Assembly: GCA_002269645.1 (NCBI GenBank)
Contig: NIVC01004349.1
Location: 1-49,167, forward strand
Direction: 5' to 3'
Length of the DNA stretch: 49,167 bases
Source of the DNA: Macrostomum lignano
Taxonomy: Eukaryota
The stretch's first letter is position 1; each line of letters starts with the position of its first letter. The notes under the pieces were generated by a model. That model saw only the letters and a list, made by a program, of their open reading frames with translations. It was not told the origin of the DNA and searched no databases. The translations under genes and the position numbers were made by a program. Of this stretch, positions 41,848-49,167 are shown piece after piece.

Positions 41848-43741
41848 TGCGTCCTAACGTGTAATAAGTTGTTTAATTTGTCGCCACGAGTTTCAACGTC
41901 AGGCATTACTTAGAAAATCTGGTTATTTAGATTTCTTCATGAAAAAATAACTGCGAAATACTCACGCAGATAGTTCATGATTTGGGTGAAAAGATGTCAT
42001 ACTCCCTTAATTATATTGAATATGCTTCATATAACTTAGTATAGTTGCAAGCTACACAATTTGACAGTAAATATGCACCAAAAGTGGTAACTTTATTTTT
42101 ATAGTCAACAGCATGGTCATCAGCAGTGTTTCCTCTGAGGGCCAGAGCATCTCAGTAGTAAAAGTGTCCAACTCTTGCGACTTCATTCCTTGTTCGATTC
42201 GGTGCGCCGCCGCATTTAATTAGGGCTGCACAGCCCCATGAGTGCACATGCCTGGCGATTAGAAAATCAAGGCCGATGTATTGGCGCCGCTTGTATGTGC
42301 TCAGAGTCAGTGGGATGGCCAGACTTGCCGTCAGCACTGGTTATAGGACGATGGTCACCGAAGTTGTTACGTCAGGGTGCCCACAGCCCGCAGCAGTATT
42401 TGCTAAGCGCGTATTATGCATGAATATGGAATAAGCCTGTTTTTGCTCAACATTAGTTGGTCCGCTTTTGAACTGCTAACTTCGGGTGCTTCGGTTTGAT
42501 TTCGGTTTGAAAAAGTATCAATGCTCATTACGATGAGCGTGACAACGAGATGGTTTCATCAAAAGTATCTATTTGTGCTAGTTAGAAGCATCACTGCCTG
42601 TTGAAGCTCAAACCTTTCCGCGCCTGTGTCCATTTCGGCTCACCGTGTTTTCCGCTTCGCGTCTGGCTTCTGATTCGTGATCTGCACTGACCTGGAAGCA
42701 GCTAGTAGCAAGACTTCCTTTGAGGCCCCAATTAGGCTATGTTGAAATGAACTCTTAATTAGAAAACTAGGTTAGTACAAGCAGCTCAAATCAAGATCCG
42801 ATGTTTTGAATCCTCAGTTTTTCATCGAGTGTTTTTCTTAAATTTTTCAAAGATTTTTTTAGATAATAAAACAAGTCATTTGTCATCAGATTCCTGTAAG
42901 CACTCAGCTTTTACAGGAATTATTGAATTGCATGATTTGTGACCCATAATACCCCATAGCTATTCGATCTTTTGCAGACAAAGTATTGTTAATGGGATTA
43001 GAAATTACCGTAAGAACAAGGTGGCTTAGCTGAAATTCCGAGATCAAGTTTGTCCAAGACATTTCTTAAGTTTTTAGACTCGTCGAAAATTATTTAAAAA
43101 TCTAAGTAACACTGTTAGCTACTATGATCAGTAGTGCAAAATTGAATCATTCCTTTTTGTAGTCAAACGCTGACCACTAAAATCTATTGAGTGCTTTTAA
43201 AATCAGAAATTAATCCAGGTTTTCACAATTTAATGAAGCTAGCTAGTTTAAGCTAGTTTAATGAAGCCTTGTATTAATTAATTAGTGAAAACTTTATCAT
43301 CCTAAAATTTTGGAATAAAAATCTGTGTATGCATCGAAATTTCTAGCATAACAACTTTCTTCTAAATACTTGTATATAAATGCCTGCATTACACTGTCTC
43401 AGCTCTGTAAATGCCCCTCAAGTCTCACCGCCCCGTGCAATTGTAAGCGTACAATGAAAGGAAGAAATACAAGCCGTCTTTCGTCTCAGAACAACCTCAG
43501 GCGCTGTTGAAACCAATTTGAAATCAAAAAGACGTTGCTTACCCTTGGGATTGCTCGTTGTCAAGCAATGTATACAGACAGCAATTCAACTAATTCCATT
43601 TATTTTTTCCAAAATCATGACATGATATTCGAAAATTTCTAACAGTACGCTCGACCGTGTTTAAAAAATGTTCCAAATACCAAACTCTATACGTTCTAAC
43701 ATACGGCTCTCGCACCGTTCCAGCTGAACTTCCCACTGTAG

Positions 43742-44358
43742 ATTGCTTGTCTTCTCCCTCATCGCTGTGGTGTACGCTGTCATTGCCATCTTTACTGCCA
43801 TCATTATCACCCACCATTGTCATTGGCAGCTTCGGCTTTGTCGCATTCTACTACTGCTGGAACTTCTTCGTCAGCGCGCGAGTCACGGCGATCTCGTTGA
43901 GGTAAATTCACAAAATCTATTAACAGCGAGACTATATTTTCCAAATTAAATACTGAGATGTTTCACCCTAATTCGTGGTACGCAACTGTCTCGAAAACGT
44001 AACTTGACTGTTGGTCATGCAGCAATGTACATGAGTTTGCATCCGGAAGCAAAGGGCATCGCACAATTCTCTTCTTCAAAATATTTTCTGCATCATCCGA
44101 CGGTTTTAACGACAGATCAGTCAGCTCTTCTTCGGTGCCCTGCGGTCCGTGGCTGCAAGCGGCCTGGCCCAGTCTGACTCGACGTTCCACAACTGCGAAG
44201 ACGACAACTGCAAGGCTGCCATGGCAGCAGCCTGCGCCCCCCACCGGTGCCAGTGTTGCATGCCAGGCACCACAGCAGCAGCTGGTGCCACAGCAGCTGC
44301 TCCAAGAAAAGCTGGACTCTTGGCAGGGTGCAAGCAATGCCTCGCTGGAAGCTGCTGA
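43742..44358 (+). CDS. Probable last exons of an unknown membrane protein with a Cys-rich tail
   Basis: Candidate exons 43742-43901 and 44121-44358 (GT-AG, phase 2) with C-ending codon bias like the GAA exons. Needs removal of one C at ~43811. Hydrophobic LLVFSLIAVVYAVIAIFTAIII..IVIGSFGFVAFYYCW. Confidence 0.4.
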
Positions 44359-46970
44359 GTACGTTTGGCGGGTATGTGCTAAAGTGAATTAGCCGAGTCC
44401 TTCACTGTCAGCTGTGCAGCTCTTTGCTTACAGCATCCATACCTGCGGGGGGCTCACATCCGGATCCAGCACAAGACCTGCTCGCATGCAAATCACGGGT
44501 TAACTGCTCCGCGCCGGTGGCGCTTGTTGCATTCATGAAGATGGAGGGAAGATATCACTGAAATTAGTTGAGGGGGCGGATTCTGGAGCGTAAAAAGACC
44601 TGGGGGGCGGAGGGGATAGCTCTGTACTTGGCAAAAATTTGCTTGGTTCCCCCAATGACTTTTTTCAGGTATCCGCCACTGAACTCAAGAACGTAATTTT
44701 GTTTTATTCTGCGGTAAAAATAATTTCACTGTGTTATAAATAGTTTCCTGTTTTAAGCTCGTATGTTTTTTTTAACCTGCAATGCACAAAAATATTGCTG
44801 GAATGTTGGCTAAATAATAAATATGATCATCACTAAGTAATCCAGTAAGCATTAAATGTTTGACTTACGATTGTTTAGACAACGTCAATATCGTTTACGT
44901 TCAAGATAACATTGGACAATGGACTCCGATTTCTGTCCATTGACCGCCCTTATTTTACGCGTACCTAGAGGTACTCCATTGTATCTGTGATTCGCGTAAC
45001 TCGGACGCAGTGATTCGTGTACTGTTTGGACAGGTTGCGCATACTACAAATGGGCTTCATGAAAGCAGCCAACCAATTGACACCACGCACTTGCGTAGCA
45101 GGCCGGGAGGGAAGACGCCATCCTTCATTGTTGCTTAATGGACGTGGGAAGAATGACGGAGAATTCTGCGGCAACAAACTTGATACTTCAGAATCAATTC
45201 CCACTGACAACCGTAGATCCGGCTCTCTGCTTGCTCTGGTTTCCCTTGCATTTTGTTGGATCAATACTCTGTTTTTTATCGTAAGTGGTGGCAATGCAAG
45301 ATCTGGATTGCCATCAACGTCGACACAGTCTTAACATGTGCCAACTTGCTTTAGACTCGACAGGTGCTTCTGTCCTCTCTCACACAGAACAGCAACGTTA
45401 ATAGTATCTCGTCTTGCAACCTCTCAGCGATGGAACGGTTGAAGTATTCGCGCATTTTCAATAAACTTCCTTTATTGGCTCGCGCTGCTTCACAGAACCC
45501 TTTCACAAAAGAAATGACGCACCTTGACGCGCAGAATTCGATTGGCGTCGCTAAACTTGTTGCCAGAGATAATATTGGTTCGACGCTTCAGAACGAGAGT
45601 CAAATACCTCTGCACCCCAGCACGGACCATTTGATAGAAAGCATTTTGATGTTCGTTTTTTTCCTGCTTCTCTTTACTACGAGCGTATTTCTTTCCTTTG
45701 TTGGACTTTGCAACAAGGACTACTCAAAAACTCAGGACGCAGAAATTAAACTTGGTAGGAGTTTTTTTCAGGCCCGCTTGAACGCATTCTTTATAGTAAA
45801 CATTATGGACTAGATAGCGATTTTATATGTGAATTGCAACGCTTGAAGTCGTATTGCTTGTAAGAGAGTGCTTGTGTATATTTATAGATCGCTTCACAAA
45901 TAAAATCGCCATGAAGTTTAAGTTCTGCGTCGTGAGTACTCCTTGCTTTGCAACTGATTTTCTTTCTAGCATACTATTCACTGATGTTTAGTCTATGCTA
46001 CGAGTATAACTAAAACGCCTCGTAACCCATTGACTAACGATTTGGCAGTGCATTAGTAAATGTCTTTACCATAGACAATGTGCCGCAACGTCCAATTTGC
46101 GTGAAGTAACGTCCCGTTGCTGCACGCTTCTATTTTTAGAATACTTCTTATTATTTAAGTTGAACTGGAACTTGATACAGTAATCTAACGTCAAAACCAC
46201 AGGACTTTAAAACATAAAACTGCAATACTACTAAAACAAATGTTGGTAAAACTTAGCAGTTTTTTTCAGTTTGGGTAGCATTGACGATGCCAGGTTGCAT
46301 CCTAGGGCTTAAAATTGAACACGCATTTCGCAAAAGTTCCATTGAAGTTAAGCGAAAACGCTGAACGGTTCCCCTCCATATTGGTGGAATCCATGTCGAT
46401 CACCTGATTTATAAGGTACTGACTGGACGAAACAGGTCCGAGCTTGGTGATCCAGGCACGACCACTTTTGGGTCCGGCTCTTGGGCAACGTCAGCAAAGG
46501 TAGCAGTCATGGAACTAGAATTAGCAATGGTCAAAGAATTCTATTCAGGTTCATCGGTTTTGCTGGTGGATCCATACAGCGTGGCTGATAGTGCGTCCGA
46601 CATGTTACCCATCTCCGTAACCTTGCGCTTTTCATGCGTCAGGTACCTAATTTTTAGGTTATAGCCAAGAAAGGCATAGGTAGCAGGTATTCAACGTCAC
46701 AAGTGTCGATGTCGCAGTTATCAATAAAAGAATACGCAGTCAAAAAATCCTTTAGTTTACGAACAGCAAAAATTTCCTGCTTCTCAGTAGATTTGATCTT
46801 CGTTGCATCGTACTGTTGAGCAACAATGACCTCCAGTTCATTGATGGTTTCGTCAGATGTTGGCAGCAAAGCAAGCAGCTCATCCAATGTTGAACAGTCG
46901 GAGTCTTCAAACATCACTTGCTCGACGAGAACATTCATGTCTTGCAATTCGACCCGGCAAGTCAGACACA

Positions 46971-47158
<188 letters not shown>

Positions 47159-47316
47159 AAGTCAGACACAGCTCGCGTCGAATACCAGCAGGAACTCCAG
47201 CGGCGAGGCTGCCGGCCTCCAGCGCTGCTTCTGGCGCCGCTGGAAGGCATCCTAGCGGCTGCTTCCGGTGCCGCAACTGCATGCTGCTTCCGCAACCGGC
47301 GACTCCATCTGCCGTC

Positions 47317-47720
47317 ATGTCTGATCTCCCCCAGTTCACAGTAGGCTAACTGTGCCCGGCTCTGAGAGGAAACAACGGCCTACCGGTTTCGGGAAACAAA
47401 CCAGAGCTCACTGAGCGGGTTCAAGCCGTGCTCCACCGCAGTCAGATGACGCAGGAGACGCGGCAGAAGATGCAGCGATAAATCAGCTGCTGACGAGGAA
47501 TAATCCACGTATATTGACGCTGCCAACATCTTTAAGGAGAGCCGATTTGCTGGCGACATTCAGCAAGCTCGGTCGCAGATCGAGACAGCTGCATTAGCTA
47601 GCCATCCGTGTTCACAAGATGGTGAAATCAGTGCCTTCTCTTGTGGTGCATATCCAAATTCAGTGTAATTTTCTGCAAACAAGAGCACATATCAGACAGA
47701 TATTTGTCCTTGGGTTATGT
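47317..47720 (+). pseudogene. Degenerate SAP-domain / gag-like ORF
   Basis: [34 protein letters not shown] resembles SAP (LxxLTVxELxxxLRxxGLxxSGxKxELxxRL). Decayed CCHC-like residues downstream. Confidence 0.45.
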
Positions 47721-48250
47721 TTCTCAAACCCCGCCTAAACCGAATGAGCTTCTTGATCGCAGGGGTTCTACTTGTGAATGAATTCTTCGAACCGGTGCCT
47801 GACTTCTCATTCATTGCTCAATTCAGGCTCTGTGGGTGCGAGCAAGGAAACAATTGTTAAAGGTGTTATAATAGTTTATCTTAAATAGCCACCTCTATTT
47901 ACGGTAAGTGAATCCCAGTTTTCCTTCTAGAGTTTTCTATAACAGACTTCTTAATTATATGTCTATGGTCTCCAAATCCAAACCTGTACAACTAAGTTTT
48001 GTTTGAGCTGCGCCAGAGCTAAATTCAGTGTTAATCTTCTCTTGCTATCTTTTTCAAGACTCTCAATAAACGCCGACTTATTAAAATTCAATAAGAATTC
48101 CTTAACAACAATGTTCCCCCATATTACCCTCAGTAGTTTAGTACCATCGCTATTCACAGGCACAAAAGGCTCCCTCACTGGTTGGTCCCGCGGACTCCCG
48201 ATTGAAGTCCTAAGCAGTGGCTCGACCGTTGGCTATGGCCTATTTGACTG

Positions 48251-48574
48251 CCTGCTCAAATACTCCTGGTTACTAGTGTGCCTCGCTAGATTGGCAAATG
48301 ACTTCATTCCTGCTCAAATACTCCTGGTCACTAGAGTGCCTCGCTAGAGTGGCAAATGACATCATTCCTGCTCAAATACTCCTGGTCACTAGAGTGCCTC
48401 GCTAGAGTGGCAAATGGCATAAAGCCTGCTCAAATACTCCTGGTCACTAGAGTGCCTCGCTAGAGTGGCAAATGACATCATTCCTGCTCAAATACTCCTG
48501 GTCACTAGAGTGCCTCGCTAGAGTGGCAAATGGCATCATTCCTGCTCAAATACTCCCGGTCACTAGAGTGCCTC
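48251..48574. repeat. 58-bp tandem repeat x ~5.6
   Basis: Units cctgctcaaatactcctggtcactagagtgcctcgctagagtggcaaatgacatcatt start at 48251, 48309, 48367, 48425, 48483 and 48541. Confidence 0.95.
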
Positions 48575-49167
48575 TGTTACGTCCTTTGACGTATAAACTT
48601 TTGTGATGAGCTTATCACAGACGATTTTAATCCCGCGTATTTGAGCGGCCAAGGTTTTTCCTTTTATTTCCTTTTTCTTTTGCTGTGGCCCTTTAGAATC
48701 TAGCTTGACAGGCCCAGCCCTTAAACAAAATAGCGAAAATGTCAGAATAGAATATATATATTAACATAGAATACGCATCGTTCCCCCTTTTGTCAACAAA
48801 ATAATTGTTTGATATGACAGTTCAGTTCATATCATCAGTTTCTGAATTCACTTCGCTACAAAAAAGTCCGGCTTCTTCAGCTTTGATCGATCCCGCAACA
48901 TTCGCTTGTCAGCCAATTGATGATTGCCGTTGCCTTCAGAGTCGCTCTTAGGTTTGTTCGGTGTTGCGTCTTGTGCCTTGCCTTTGTCTATGGCTCTCTG
49001 AGTAGAGTCTTCCAGCTTGGATCCCGATGTCTCAGTTTCCTCCTGGGCTGGCTTCCATGCATTGCACTCAGACGATGTACTAGCATTATTCGAGGGCTGT
49101 AGCTTTTCATTGAATCCACTATCCAGTGTAGGCGGAACTTCCAGTTCGGACTTAAAGAGTGATCAAC
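48575..49167 (-). mobile_element. 3' end of a Gypsy element (LTR ~48575-48777, PPT 48781-48791, pol C-terminus 48856-49167)
   Basis: TG...CA-bounded 203-bp segment; minus-strand AAAAGGGGGAA just upstream; ORF ending ...KRMLRDRSKLKKPDFL*, typical of integrase tails. Confidence 0.7.

Noticed and set aside
44571-44681. hAT-type MITE (gggcggat...atccgccactg)
   Set aside because: Imperfect left terminus and no 8-bp TSD.
45364-45813. 149-aa ORF with a hydrophobic stretch
   Set aside because: Non-ATG start, AT-rich codon usage unlike the host genes, no recognisable motif.

Overview
This is eukaryotic (animal) genomic DNA, not prokaryotic: it has GT-AG introns, Gypsy LTR, Harbinger and mariner transposons, and abundant minisatellites. 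The style is compatible with a flatworm such as Macrostomum, which is inference only. Host genes: an 8-exon GH31 lysosomal alpha-glucosidase (GAA-like, 7343-14134 +); an intronless membrane-anchored FkbM-family methyltransferase present twice through a ~4.3 kb segmental duplication (intact 16704-17858 -, frameshifted partial copy 1-801 -); an orphan secreted 6-Cys protein (23773-24141 +); a 4-exon melatonin-receptor-like GPCR (39687-41033 -); and probable exons of an unknown membrane protein near 43.7-44.4 kb. The rest is mostly transposon remains: two Harbinger remnants, a mariner with an intact ORF and ~220-bp TIRs, at least five Gypsy fragments, a tRNA-like SINE, a TSD-flanked 388-bp insertion, and many tandem repeats. 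Most notable observations: a Penelope-type hammerhead ribozyme remnant (34810-34869 -); a 4-bp frameshift in GAA whose terminal SW motif is re-supplied by a 44-bp repeat; the orphan secreted gene bracketed by a 106-bp inverted repeat; and a TSD-flanked microsatellite splitting an ORF. Several frameshifts lie in homopolymers and may be assembly errors. I found no clear multi-gene novel system. All coordinates and alignments were read by eye.
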